Shown piece by piece: positions 43,551 through 54,500 of a stretch of 64,000 nt of DNA. Under the pieces are notes generated by a model that saw only the letters and a list, made by a program, of their open reading frames with translations, made no database searches and was not told where the DNA came from. Position 1 is the first letter of the stretch. Every line of letters begins with the position of its first letter. The stretch lies in IMG/VR virus record IMGVR_UViG_3300033066_001156, one strand, 5' to 3'. Made by a program: the position numbers and the translations under genes. Source of the stretch: a virus.

Positions 43551-43722
43551 TTGGCGTTATGTGGGGGCGCACCACGTTCGTCCTTGCTACGGTATTTTAT
43601 CTCGCGCTAATGCCCGTGGCTTTCCTGGTGCCCCATCGTTTGGCTTTCGTACTGTTCAGGTAGGTTGGTATTTTTCTTATGGGGAAAATACCAGCGATGC
43701 ACCCAAAACAGGGACAGAGTAG
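43498..43722 (+). CDS. FGE-C-terminal-like mini-protein 6 (74 aa)
   Basis: IRRSGSWRYVGAHHVRPCYGILSRANARGFPGAPSFGFRTVQVGWYF. Confidence 0.35.
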   Translation: MGGLYVDIYQNKIRRSGSWRYVGAHHVRPCYGILSRANARGFPGAPSFGFRTVQVGWYFSYGENTSDAPKTGTE

Positions 43723-44926
43723 CTTATTCGGTCTAGAAAGTGTGCGTAAACTACGCGCCGATTTCCTTCTTCTCATGAAGAATGCAGATCGTGTCTCTAA
43801 CTGGACTGAAGCCAAGAAATTCTATAACGCCACCAGAGTTTTTCAAGACCATCTGGAACATATTGTTTACAAAGGACTGCTCCCACCCCTTCGCAAACAA
43901 TATGGAGAACGGCTGGCTATAGACGACGTGGCCAAAAGTGTGTGGGTTCTAGTTGTTGAACTGAAGGCCCCTTTGGAAGATCCACAATGGCAAAGTCACA
44001 GATTGCCATGGATGACTTATGATTGGGCCTTTGAAAAATATCTAAAAGACAAGGATAAATGGCTTGCTAGGGTGAGGTCAAAAGCTAGGGCAGCGTGGAA
44101 ATCTCTGGATGAGTTATTCCAATATCTCACAAACAATGAACCTGTCACCATGGACCTTCCTATGTCTGAACAGGTGGACATGGATGGTTTCAAGGTCACG
44201 ATCCATGGGGCGGATGAAACGAAAGCAAAGTACATTCAGAGAATTGAGGATTCTCTGCGCCTTTTCCGGAAGAGGGCCTCGCAAGTTTTCCCCTGGATCC
44301 TCCATCATGCCCCCCGCATTACCATAGAATTCAAGGACGACCTTGGAGGAAATGCAGGCTTATATGGGGCGAGTCACGTTCGCCTGAACGGCTATTGGGC
44401 GGCAAATCCCAAACCAGAGAAGGGCACCCAAATCATCGCTCATGAGATGGGTCACCATGTTTACGAATCTTACCTATCCGAACACGACAAGGATTTCTGG
44501 TCCGCCGCGGTTAGCGATGACTATGGGGACCTTGATCTCCAGTCTGTGTTGGATATGTGGCCGGAGAACGGCAACAAGTACTGGATTGTCAACCATCCTC
44601 TTTTAGATGAGGATCCGGTCCTATATCTGCAAATTTATATGTCCATGCACCCGCCGGATCACTCCCCGTGGTTTACATCAAAGGAGGAGGTTGAGGCCCT
44701 GTTGGCTAAGGGGACGAAAACTGTTCCAGTTCCAAAAAACCCCATTACTGTGTATGCCACCAAGAATCGTGAGGAGGCGTTTTGCGAAGCTTTTGGGAAT
44801 TATGTGGCTTATGGCCCTAGAGCTGTTCCGGCGTTGGTTCGTTGGTGGTTGTCCCAAATTCTCAACACAAGCCGCACGGCTCGTGTTGTAAATCGGGTTA
44901 TACGGTGCCAAGTGTCTGGAGCCTAG
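43679..44926 (+). CDS. Anthrax-lethal-factor/MtfA-like zinc metallopeptidase domain protein (paralogue of the C-terminal domain of 25782..28415)
   Basis: HEMGHHVYESY (HExxH) and downstream REEAFCEAFGNYVAYG (EAFxEAF third-ligand motif). Confidence 0.6.
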   Translation: MGKIPAMHPKQGQSSLFGLESVRKLRADFLLLMKNADRVSNWTEAKKFYNATRVFQDHLEHIVYKGLLPPLRKQYGERLAIDDVAKSVWVLVVELKAPLEDPQWQSHRLPWMTYDWAFEKYLKDKDKWLARVRSKARAAWKSLDELFQYLTNNEPVTMDLPMSEQVDMDGFKVTIHGADETKAKYIQRIEDSLRLFRKRASQVFPWILHHAPRITIEFKDDLGGNAGLYGASHVRLNGYWAANPKPEKGTQIIAHEMGHHVYESYLSEHDKDFWSAAVSDDYGDLDLQSVLDMWPENGNKYWIVNHPLLDEDPVLYLQIYMSMHPPDHSPWFTSKEEVEALLAKGTKTVPVPKNPITVYATKNREEAFCEAFGNYVAYGPRAVPALVRWWLSQILNTSRTARVVNRVIRCQVSGA

Positions 44927-47351
44927 GAACCATTCCCAGAGTGGCAAACGGTATTCCCGTAAGTGGATCCAGATCGGATCCACACATGATAGCTCCTGAT
45001 ACCGTTCCTGGTGATTTTAGATCCACCCCCAACGTCCCTTGAACCACTACTTTTCCAGCAACTGACCTGAATGTCACATCTGTCTGCCCAGTCATGGTGA
45101 TTCCCCCCGTTGTAACCGTGGTGGAGTGACTTCCGGATAGGATTGTTTCAGTGTAACCGGCGGAGGTGTCAACCTCTAATGTGTTGGTTCCGGCTTTGGC
45201 CGTCCAGCGGCCAAGGTGGGTCTCATAGGTTAGGTTTCCAACGGCTAGTGTGGTGGAATGGTTACCCGCAAGCTCCCACGTTTCTTCCCTATCACCAAAT
45301 ACCATCTTGTATCGGTCGACAACCCCCCCAGCCCGACCAGTAGCTGGTGTTGAGCTGAATGTAACCGACCGACTTGGGCCATTCGCAGGATTACCCTCAT
45401 GAGGCCCCCCATAATTGGTGCTCTCCCTCCCGGAGATGATCTGGTCTAGGGATTGGGTTGTCAAACTGATGCGCCCGCCTGAAGAAAGTGTGAGATTATT
45501 TTGTGCTCCCACACTAACCGTTCCTGCATTGGCGACGTTGATGGTTGGTCCCTGAAGTGATACAACCCCCTCGGATCGAACAGTAACGTTTTGCGTTCCA
45601 TCAATCAGAACACTGGGGGCACTAGAGGCTGACATCCCTCCAGGAACGGCATCCCTAGCGGCACTCCCCGTATCAAGGGAACCACCCCCTCGAATTACTA
45701 CCGCCCCAGCGGAGCTACCCAGGCTCAACCCCACATTTCCAGGGCCGGGGGTCCCATGCATCTGAATTCCACCTTGGAGATGGAGGTGTAGAGTCCCACC
45801 CACGGAGAGGGACAAGTCCCCGGCTGTTGCCACTTCGGCCGAGGATGGCCCCCCGGCGATATAAGCTCGAAATCTACCATCCTTTGTAAAAGAGGTGAAA
45901 GTCTGACTTAGCCCTTCGCCTACGGGGGGTGTTAATCGGAAAAGGGTAGCTGCTTGGTCTCCTATTGGAAATCCAATTGACCCAACGATGGAGGGGTCAA
46001 TTTCTCCTGTGGGTGTCATCACTACTGGTCGGAGTGGTACCCCGTAGGTTGGCCTTCCTAGGTAACTGAAGGGATCGTTTCCTACAACACTGCCTAGCAC
46101 CCATTCGATGAAGGGCTGGGTCCCGCTACCCAGAGGATTCCCATCTGATGGGTTGGATGTGGGCAGCTTATCCGCATCAAAACCATCGGTCTGTTCCGTG
46201 ACGGGAAGAGTGCCATTGGATGTATGGGTGACCTCAATCCTATACTCTGTCAGACTTTCCGGTGGGACTCCATCCGCTCCGTTGATAGCACTGCTAATAG
46301 CATTGTCGATTTGCCCGGATGTGGTTAGACCAATTCGATAGAGGGGTTTCCCTCCGTATGTGGTATTGGATATTCCACCGGGGAATGTAGTGTCTACCCT
46401 GTATCCGTTACTATCGACTAGGGATCCCCATTGAAGGAAGTCAAATGGGTCAAGGATTGCGGGTATAGAGGCGTTCCTTGCTGCTTCGAATGCGGATTCA
46501 GTATCTCCTGCACCACGACGGAAAATCAATCCGGGTAGAAGTTGCCCCTCGGGGTAAACAGGTGTTCCGAGACGTGATTGATGGAGTGGGGCCCTCCCAA
46601 CTCCAGTTTGTCTAGGCGCATCCCAGTAGATGCCATCAGACCATACTGTAGAGGGTAAGAGCCTAGCTTCGCGGTGAACAGCACCACCATAAGTTCGGAC
46701 ACCGGATAGGGCGTGGTACTCTTGGAGGGATCGGACAACCAGTGCTTGATCCTCATCCCGAATCCGTATCTCGTTTCCCCTACGGTTAGTAAGAAGCACC
46801 CCCTCATCCAACACAAGGTCACTCCCCTGGCTGGAAGAGGCCATGACATTCCCCTCAGTCAAATGTCGTAATTTGAACCGGGTGCGCTCCATTGACCCGC
46901 TGGCAACTGATCTGTCCCGGACGGTATCCATTCCTTCTCCGGGTTCCATGGGTTGGTATGGGATCCACTCGTGACCCATCCATGCCGCTGGGGGGCACCA
47001 GCTTAGAATCACGGGGGTTTTGGCAGACGCTGCCCCTGTAGACTCACGAACGGCCCATCCAACAAAGCAGATATCCCCCCGCTCTGGGATGGCCCCCATG
47101 AAGTGCCTCCTACCACCATGTGCTAAAGAAATGTCTACTCCGTTGTATTCCTGAATATCATTCTCCCCGGTTAGGAGAACAAGGGTGCATTTGAGTTCTT
47201 CGGGCATCACCTCCTTGACTCTGGCCAAACTGATAGCAAGGCTTGCCCAGTTTATAGATGGGTTTCCAGTTTTTGATAGTGGGGCTAGATCCCGACGTAT
47301 CTCATTCCCACTGATTGCTCTCATGTTCATTTGTGGATTCCGTAATGACAA
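44898..47351 (-). CDS. Tail-fibre/baseplate-like structural protein with Gly/Ser/Thr-rich beta-helical C-terminal region
   Basis: 817-aa ORF on the opposite strand to its neighbours; C-terminal half is repetitive G/S/T/V-rich (GGIQMHGTPGPGNVGLSLGSSAGAVVIRGGGSL...), typical of phage fibre or spike proteins. Confidence 0.55.
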   Translation of the reverse strand: MSLRNPQMNMRAISGNEIRRDLAPLSKTGNPSINWASLAISLARVKEVMPEELKCTLVLLTGENDIQEYNGVDISLAHGGRRHFMGAIPERGDICFVGWAVRESTGAASAKTPVILSWCPPAAWMGHEWIPYQPMEPGEGMDTVRDRSVASGSMERTRFKLRHLTEGNVMASSSQGSDLVLDEGVLLTNRRGNEIRIRDEDQALVVRSLQEYHALSGVRTYGGAVHREARLLPSTVWSDGIYWDAPRQTGVGRAPLHQSRLGTPVYPEGQLLPGLIFRRGAGDTESAFEAARNASIPAILDPFDFLQWGSLVDSNGYRVDTTFPGGISNTTYGGKPLYRIGLTTSGQIDNAISSAINGADGVPPESLTEYRIEVTHTSNGTLPVTEQTDGFDADKLPTSNPSDGNPLGSGTQPFIEWVLGSVVGNDPFSYLGRPTYGVPLRPVVMTPTGEIDPSIVGSIGFPIGDQAATLFRLTPPVGEGLSQTFTSFTKDGRFRAYIAGGPSSAEVATAGDLSLSVGGTLHLHLQGGIQMHGTPGPGNVGLSLGSSAGAVVIRGGGSLDTGSAARDAVPGGMSASSAPSVLIDGTQNVTVRSEGVVSLQGPTINVANAGTVSVGAQNNLTLSSGGRISLTTQSLDQIISGRESTNYGGPHEGNPANGPSRSVTFSSTPATGRAGGVVDRYKMVFGDREETWELAGNHSTTLAVGNLTYETHLGRWTAKAGTNTLEVDTSAGYTETILSGSHSTTVTTGGITMTGQTDVTFRSVAGKVVVQGTLGVDLKSPGTVSGAIMCGSDLDPLTGIPFATLGMVPRLQTLGTV

Positions 47352-47775
47352 CTCTACATGAGTTCAAACGACAGCGCGGAGTTCAAGGTTCGACCACACC
47401 CTAAAATTAGCGGGAGTTCCTGGTACCTTTCAATCCTTCTTGAATCTAGTGAGTTGGGCTGCTGTTCCCCTAGGCCCAAGGTCCCCTACGATTTTAGCAA
47501 TGACGATGTAGGTATGCGCCCGACTCGATCCGGGTGGTGTAAGTTGAGCCATGAACCCTAAGTCTCTGGCCCCACGTCCACCCTCTAAGGAAGATATCAT
47601 TGCGGCTGTTCACCGGGAAGTAGACGAACAATTGAAAAACCCCAACCTGACACCCACTCAAAGAGAATCTTTGTTGTTTTTGCGTAAGCAGTTCCCAGGA
47701 ATTCAAAACTAGGTCCAATAATTTGATTTTGAGGATCAGTGATGGCGCGAGGGCGTAATAACCCCACGTCAGTTT

Positions 47776-47849
47776 TGCAGGATGGAGCAGTTTGGTAGCT
47801 CGTCAGGTTCATACCCTGAAGGTCGAGGGTTCAAATCCCTCTCCTGCGA
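47776..47849 (+). tRNA. tRNA-Met (anticodon CAU; could alternatively be read as Ile via lysidine)
   Basis: Cloverleaf folded by hand: acceptor tgcagga/tcctgcg (U1:G72), D-stem gagc/gctc, anticodon stem tcagg/cctga with loop ttCATac, variable aggtc, T-arm gaggg-TTCAAAT-ccctc, discriminator A; CCA not encoded. Confidence 0.7.
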
Positions 47850-47874
47850 CCGGGTTGATGGTAGTTTGACCTAA

Positions 47875-48576
47875 GTGTTGGTGGGTATCCAGAAACAAGG
47901 GATGGGGCCCCACAACAGCTTCGGGATGAGGGCTACACATCAACCCAAAAGCATTTCTTCCCCGACCGTTACCAACGTCAGATTGGTAACGGTCGTGATG
48001 GGTCGTTACGTTACATTGGAAATCATTGTGGATCCTCCGTTGGGTGAAGAGGACACAGCTCTTCTTTTCACCGCATTCCGTTGGGGGGATTATGATTTTC
48101 CCGCTGGTTGCCTGCCAAAAGCCCTAGGTGGTTTGTGGCGGAAGCCTAGCCTTTCCCTTTTTGAAGTTCTCGATTTCATCGATCTCTACACTAACGATGG
48201 TCGAAAAATTCGGGGTATTACTCGGGATGTGGAGGACGAGCGGTACTCAAGAGATCAACAGGGCGACCGATCCGGTCCCTATGCTTATGATAGCATTTGG
48301 TATCCGTCCCTCCCTTGGGATCAAGGGTCCCATTATCTTCGGGATGCTCAGGCAATGCTTCGAGGGATGATCCTGGATACGGTACAGGAGCGGGCTGGTG
48401 TTTTGACTCGTGAGATGGGAGATAGGTTCAGCCGAATGGTTGGCGTTATCTTTGGTCCGGAAATACACCAGAAGTATCTTTCTTTAACTATAAATCACGG
48501 GGAATGGTGGGAGATTGAATGGTGGGAGATTGAAGGGGGGGATGCACTGACCTCTGTCCTTTCCACACCGACGTAA
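47875..48576 (+). CDS. Hypothetical protein
   Basis: 233-aa ORF downstream of the tRNA. Confidence 0.4.
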   Translation: MLVGIQKQGMGPHNSFGMRATHQPKSISSPTVTNVRLVTVVMGRYVTLEIIVDPPLGEEDTALLFTAFRWGDYDFPAGCLPKALGGLWRKPSLSLFEVLDFIDLYTNDGRKIRGITRDVEDERYSRDQQGDRSGPYAYDSIWYPSLPWDQGSHYLRDAQAMLRGMILDTVQERAGVLTREMGDRFSRMVGVIFGPEIHQKYLSLTINHGEWWEIEWWEIEGGDALTSVLSTPT

Positions 48577-48588
48577 TAGGCTCTGGTT

Positions 48589-51500
48589 ATGACCGTCTCA
48601 AAAGATAAGTTGATCGATATCCTTACCCAGGGCTACTACATTTTTTTCCGGAATTCTTCCGGGTTAGCAAGATGTTTGCTCCCATATAAACATACTCCCG
48701 AAACGGCCGAGGCTCTGGTCACTCGATTCATGGCCGGAGAAAAGCCCGGAAAGGAGGGCATTTTCAGTTGGTTGCCCTTGTTTCTCTCAACCGAATCTGG
48801 CCCCTTACATCCCCAAAGCTCCTCTTTGTTGTCCGGATGGACATCCCGCCTTGGTGCTGTTGGTGGCCTCTATGCAATACCGGCTGTTTCTCACGACCCA
48901 TCTAATGAGAAATTCTCGGGGATCGGTCTGGGTTCTCCTGTATTGGATCTCCTGGCCTCGATTCAAGCTGCTTATGGGACTTTATCCGGTTCCACACTGG
49001 AAACTATATTTGAGGGGTTCGTGAGTCAAACCGATTTGCAACCGGCTTTGGTTGCTCGGTTGTTTGTTTCAATCGGTTTGGCTTCAAATGGCGACGTTTG
49101 TTCGATGGCCAGAGGTTGGGGGGGTCAAAAATCTCTTCCCGGGAAAGAGATCCTTGCCGCTCTTGAGGATCCAAGTTATAGCATCGCCATAAGGGCCGAA
49201 GGCTACCTAGCAGAACGCAGGCTTCGAAAACTCACCCAACCCAGATGGGTTATGAGTCCTCTTGGACTTCGATTTTGTTCTGGTCTACGGGAGGAAAGAG
49301 CAAAGGAAATACTGGTACTGTTGGGGTTGATTGGTGACTCCAATCTTATTACAAAAGACCGGATCCAATCCCTCTTGTCCGTGACAGTGTCTTCGATAGA
49401 TGAGCTTTCTATTCTCTACGCTCTTATCTCTGAGACTCCGGTTGAGGATAGGGCCAAAGCTTTTGGGGACTACAAGATATCCCCGGACACTTTCATCGGT
49501 TTAAGACAACCTATTGGTCAGGATTTGGATTATGCCCGTGACATATCAAAATCCGATACCCTGGTTCATCTGACCGCGTCCATTCATGCTACTCTTACTG
49601 AGGGTGTGATCGGCGCCCGTCATATATTAGAGCATTCGGACTTTGAATCGAAGAAGAGATTTGAAGATGTGTCCGAGGCCCTCTATTATCTGGCGTCCCG
49701 AAGTGGCCCGGAGATCGCTCAAGATTTGATGACCACGTTTGAAGATTATCTATTGTCAAATCTACAGCCGATGTCCCGAAGTGGCCTGGAGATCGCTCAA
49801 GATTTGATGGGGTCGAATAATCCAAAAGTAATCGCGGTAGGAAGAAAAATAATGGACAAGCTCCAAATTTTTGATTGGGATAAGTTTGCTTCAGACCTGA
49901 CATCTCCAAGGTGGTTGGGCCTCACTTCCGGGGAACTGAATTTCTGCGTTGGCCTTCGGCGGGAAGATGTTCTCAGGGCCCTTGAATTCTTGAAGACCCA
50001 AATTGAGGGTGGAAAAATACCCTCTTTGATTGCCAGGAAATGTTGCGATATCTTAGGGTCCTCAGAAGTCATATCCTATCTCCATGAGGAGGGCATGGTT
50101 GAATCCGGATGGCAGTTCTTTGGGAATGTTTCCGTTCGTATGACAGGGAGGGATACTCCCATTCCTAGGGACCAAGCCGATAAAGTGTCCTTTATGCTTC
50201 CGGTGCCTATCGAAGAAGACCGCGCCGTAGCCGTGGGGGATACACCGACTATAAAAAACTTCTCCGCTTCCGTCGCTGCCTTGATTAGACGTTGTCGGGC
50301 TTCTTCCACCATTCCTGATCTTCGCCCCCTTATGCGCAGGGGTAATATGTTTTCCCAGAGGGATGCCGAAACGTGCATCCTAGACACTATTGTGTCGCTT
50401 CACCGCAAAAACAAACTGACCCGCGATGTACTCGAAAGGATTGCAAGCTCTTTGCAAGATATGCCCCGTGTGCATGGGTTTCTGGATAACTACTTGCGGT
50501 CCTCTGCGAAACAGTCTCTCAGTACCAAAACAAAAGAAGTCCTTACTTCTACGAAATGGCTCTTGAAGTTTAAGGCCCATGGGCCTGGGTATCAGGAGAT
50601 TGTATGGGGTGGCCGTCTCTCCCCATTTCAAGCGGATCAGATTTTCATTCGTTTGAATCTATCTAGAGAAAAGATTCCTTCGTCGGAGATTCGTGCTTTC
50701 ATCGATGCCGAGATTGATAACCTCCCACGATCGGTCCTACACTCTATTCTTTTCTCCTTATCTTATCTTGGCAAGCTTGAAGATACCACATTCCTTCATG
50801 TCCCATCCAAAAAAATGGTTGATGCAGGAATTTCCACTATCTTTCAAAGATACGGTGGATTTCTACCCCTACCGGAACGAGGGGATATAACATTAGCTCA
50901 AGAGATCGAGTCCAAATACGGACATAAATGGGCTGGAATGGATGTTGATTTCACGGCCAGTTTTTTGTCCCTTGTTACCAGGGGTGGAATTATTCTTAGG
51001 GGTGAGGCATATAGCCCCCCTTATTTTGGGTTGGAGATCGCGAGTTGGTTTGTAAGAGCCGCTATGCAAATAGAGCATGGTGTGGAGTCATGCCTCCTCG
51101 CGCTTTATGAAATATGCAAAAGAACACCTAAGTTTTCTGAGACCTTGACCTTCTGGTCCGATCAAATAGCCACCCAAAAGGACGAATTCAACACCACACT
51201 CGGTCTTGTTTTCAAGGAAATAGCGAGTGGTTCCTTTAATCCCGATACGGATGTGACACAGGCTCAGAAAGACCTTTGGCTGTCTCTCCAATCTGATTCC
51301 GAGATTGCCTCAAGGGGTAATCAAAAGGGGGACACTTTGGGTACCTCGGAAAATCGAAAAGAACCTGTGTCTATCTTTGAGGGTGAGGAGAAAGTGGATG
51401 AAAAGATTGCGATATCACCCACGTGGGTGAACCTGTCTCAACTGGAGGCTGTGCTATCCGTGCCGGTTACGGCATTGATGAGAGAGGGGTTTGCAACTGC

Positions 51501-54500
51501 AAATCTTGCTCCCGAAACGGCCCTATCTGAAGCAAGGGCACTCCTCCCTCTATTTGCTGGGAAACACGGTCCCGTTTCCAATGCCGATTTGGCTTTGTGG
51601 TTCTCTCCTCCAAATGACGCGAAACTCATTGCTTTGCTTTGCATGGCTAGGGAAGGGTACCTACATCCAGATTGGATTTCGTATCTGATTCGGGAATATC
51701 CTTCCTCCTATGACCTTGCCTGTATTCAAGCAATTCTTCCAACACCTAAAGTTCTAGACCTTCCGGCTCTCCGTTCTCTTTTTCAAGAGAACGGGCTGAG
51801 TTTCAGTCACGAGTCTTTTGGGGTTAACCTCACCGTCTACCTGCGAATGATGCAAGCGGGGGGTAAGGAGCCTAATCTTGTCTCAGCTCTTAGACCTGGG
51901 AATACGGATGAGTGGCAGGTAAAGACATTTACAGTTGTGATGTGTGAGATGATTGAGCAGGGGGGTCTGGATCCGGCTCTTCTAAATAAGCCACTGTTTG
52001 AGTTGGAGTCCTTGGCCTCTACAGAGACCGTTCAGAATGCCGTGAGGAAAATCAAGTCCACAATTGAAAAGTCCGCAAAAACTGCCCAATCCGATCGGCC
52101 ACATCCTCATGTGGAGGCCGCGGAGGCTTTTGCGGAAGCCGGGAGAGTTGCAACGAAAACTAGAAAGGCATTTCTGTCAACCTATGGTCTATTTTCCGTT
52201 CGGGATCCCAACTACGATCATTGTTCTACAGAAGTATCAATTACTTTTGCGGATAAAACTTTGGCTGCTGCGGCTGTACCGGGCGATCTTGGGACGCATG
52301 ATTTCTTTCAGGCCATGGCTGCTTATATCCGGCTTTGTGGTGAGGAAGGTAAAACACCTAATTTCCGGTATCTTCTCGCTAATTCCTCTCTCTCCTTAAG
52401 AGACAAGGTCAAAGGATTTTCGCGTATTCTATCGAAATCCGTTGATGAGAAGAAAATCCATGCAGATGCAGTTTTGCGTGTTCGAGAAGACATCCACAAC
52501 GCTAACCTCTTTCAACAAGAGATGCTTTGGCTTGAGGAAGACCTCCTTACCTCTTCGAAAACCAAAGCGGGCGCCTTTGGGCAAAGACGATCCAAGTTAG
52601 AGCAATCTCTTTTGGGTGGGGTTTCCTACATTTCCAAAGAAGGGTCTAAGGTTACTCGGTTGAGGGCCCTCCATACCCATACTGCGGTATCCATTCTTCG
52701 GAACCTATCCGAGGCGGGCCACTCGACTGCAAGTTCTATTCGAAAAGCCTTATGGCAAGAAGTTCTGAATGGTGCTGGGGCGGATGATATTTTTCGTGCC
52801 TTGCTTGCGTTAGTGAAAACAGGTTCTTTTACCCTGGATGACCTCAGAGATCCCTGGACCGGCAGTCTGGTTCGCGGTCTATCACCGAAATTGGAACAAC
52901 TCTTATGGTGTGAGTCGGATGGTGATTCCACAGAAGCTTATGTGGTTGCTGAGGGTATCCTAGACACCTACGTTGGGGATCGCAGAGTAAGAGTCTTCGA
53001 CCGTTTGGTAGATACACTCAAATTCACCTCCACGTTCCATTCCCCAAGCTATTTTCGTGATCTTCTCGTAGAGTTTGAGCGGGAGGGTCTTTTTCCTGGG
53101 TTGGTGGAGAAAATTCTGGATGCCATAGCTAGAGAGAAATATCTTTCTACGGAGGCCCTCCGTTCTTACGACTTTTTTACCGATTTTTCACACGAAAGGA
53201 GGGAGCACCTTAAGAAATACGTTGCTGAGTTAGCTACACGAGAGGATAAGATCAGATATTCCCCACGTAGACTGGCATCTCTTCGCCACTGGCTCAAAGG
53301 TAGCCATTTTTGGATTAAAAGAGATGGGGCCGCAGAATATGCCCTAGTTCCATCGGAGCTTTCGGATAAGCAAATAGACGCAATCCTAAAGTCGTTGCCG
53401 CTACTTGACGAAAAGTTCTTGCCTCCAAGCAATCACGACGGTTTTAAGAACTTTGTTCTTCAATTACATGAGTTGAATCTTCCCGTGGGACAGGTGCAAA
53501 ATCTTTTTGTCAATCTGTTTGCCGCAGGGGTTTGTTTCCCAAGTGATATCCCGACAGCAGTGTCTTTCACTGTAGACCAAGCTTTAAGCTCAATTGGTGG
53601 GTGGTTCACACCCTATCAAAACCTAAAAGATTTGGCTGTTGTACTGACCGACCCCTATCTTTCCTCAAACGGATTCGTGGCGACTCTAGCCTCTCATTTG
53701 AAAATGGTAGGTTCCGCTCCATCTTCCCTTGCTCACGTCATTCGTGTTGCGTTCAACACTCCTGATTCCGTTTCGGGTATGACCGCTGGAGAAAAGGCCA
53801 AATGTATTAAGACTCTGGTGAATCGGGGCGTGGATGCAAACTGGTACACCAACCAAACTCTTTTGGAAGCCGTTTCTATAGCCGAAACTCAGTCCCCAGA
53901 AATTAATGGTTGGGTGGAAGCCGACTCTTTCATGCGTGGGAAAAAAGATGACATGGTGCCTATGGCGGAATCACTCTCGGATCCACATAAAGAAAAGCAC
54001 GAAGCTAAAAATTATGGTGGGGAGAAAGCAAACAAAGATCTGACGGAAGCACTCACGAAGTCGGATTGGCTTTTGACCGACTCCGGTGTCTTTCATTTGG
54101 ATGGGATGTCCGAGGGTAAAGCTAAGGAAATTGCCGAGGCCCTTATTGATTCCACCAGTATGACATCTGCTGGTGAAGATGCCATACAAGCTTTGACCGA
54201 AGTTAGTGGTGGAAACCAAACGGTTGCTAAGAAGATCATATCGTCGCTGCTGGACTGGGCCGACTCACCATCGGAAAGGGTCACACAAAATGCTTTCCAG
54301 TCCACGACGATAGAGAAGCTTCCAAAACCAGGACCCAAAGAATGGGATCTATGTGGGGTTTTGGGACGATACAATCCGGAGATTCAGGGTCATGTTGCCG
54401 CTTATATACTCAAATGTGGGCGCGAAGGTAGGGCTCCTGATTTTCGTCGGCTTTTAACCTCTGGTACCGGAACTGCTATTTCTCACGGCTGGGTTCTTGT

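Larger units (their letters stand above)
42611..43722 (+). repeat. Tandem array of 5 mini-ORFs each encoding an FGE-sulfatase C-terminal-like motif (RGGSW...GFRVxQxGW)
   Basis: Five consecutive short ORFs ending shortly after a G[FYL]R.xQxGW block; protein-level repeats, DNA sequences diverged. Confidence 0.6.

Noticed and set aside
42611-43722. Diversity-generating retroelement (DGR) template/variable repeats, since FGE/C-type-lectin folds are classic DGR targets and copy 5 has AAT/TAC/AAC-rich codons
   Set aside because: The copies are strongly diverged at the DNA level rather than differing only at adenine positions. No reverse-transcriptase ORF or TR/VR near-identical pair is present in the window.
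47358-47775. Additional tRNA genes next to tRNA-Met (T-loop-like strings ggttcga, atcgagt)
   Set aside because: Could not assemble complete cloverleaves with proper stems on either strand by hand; left for covariance-model scanning.
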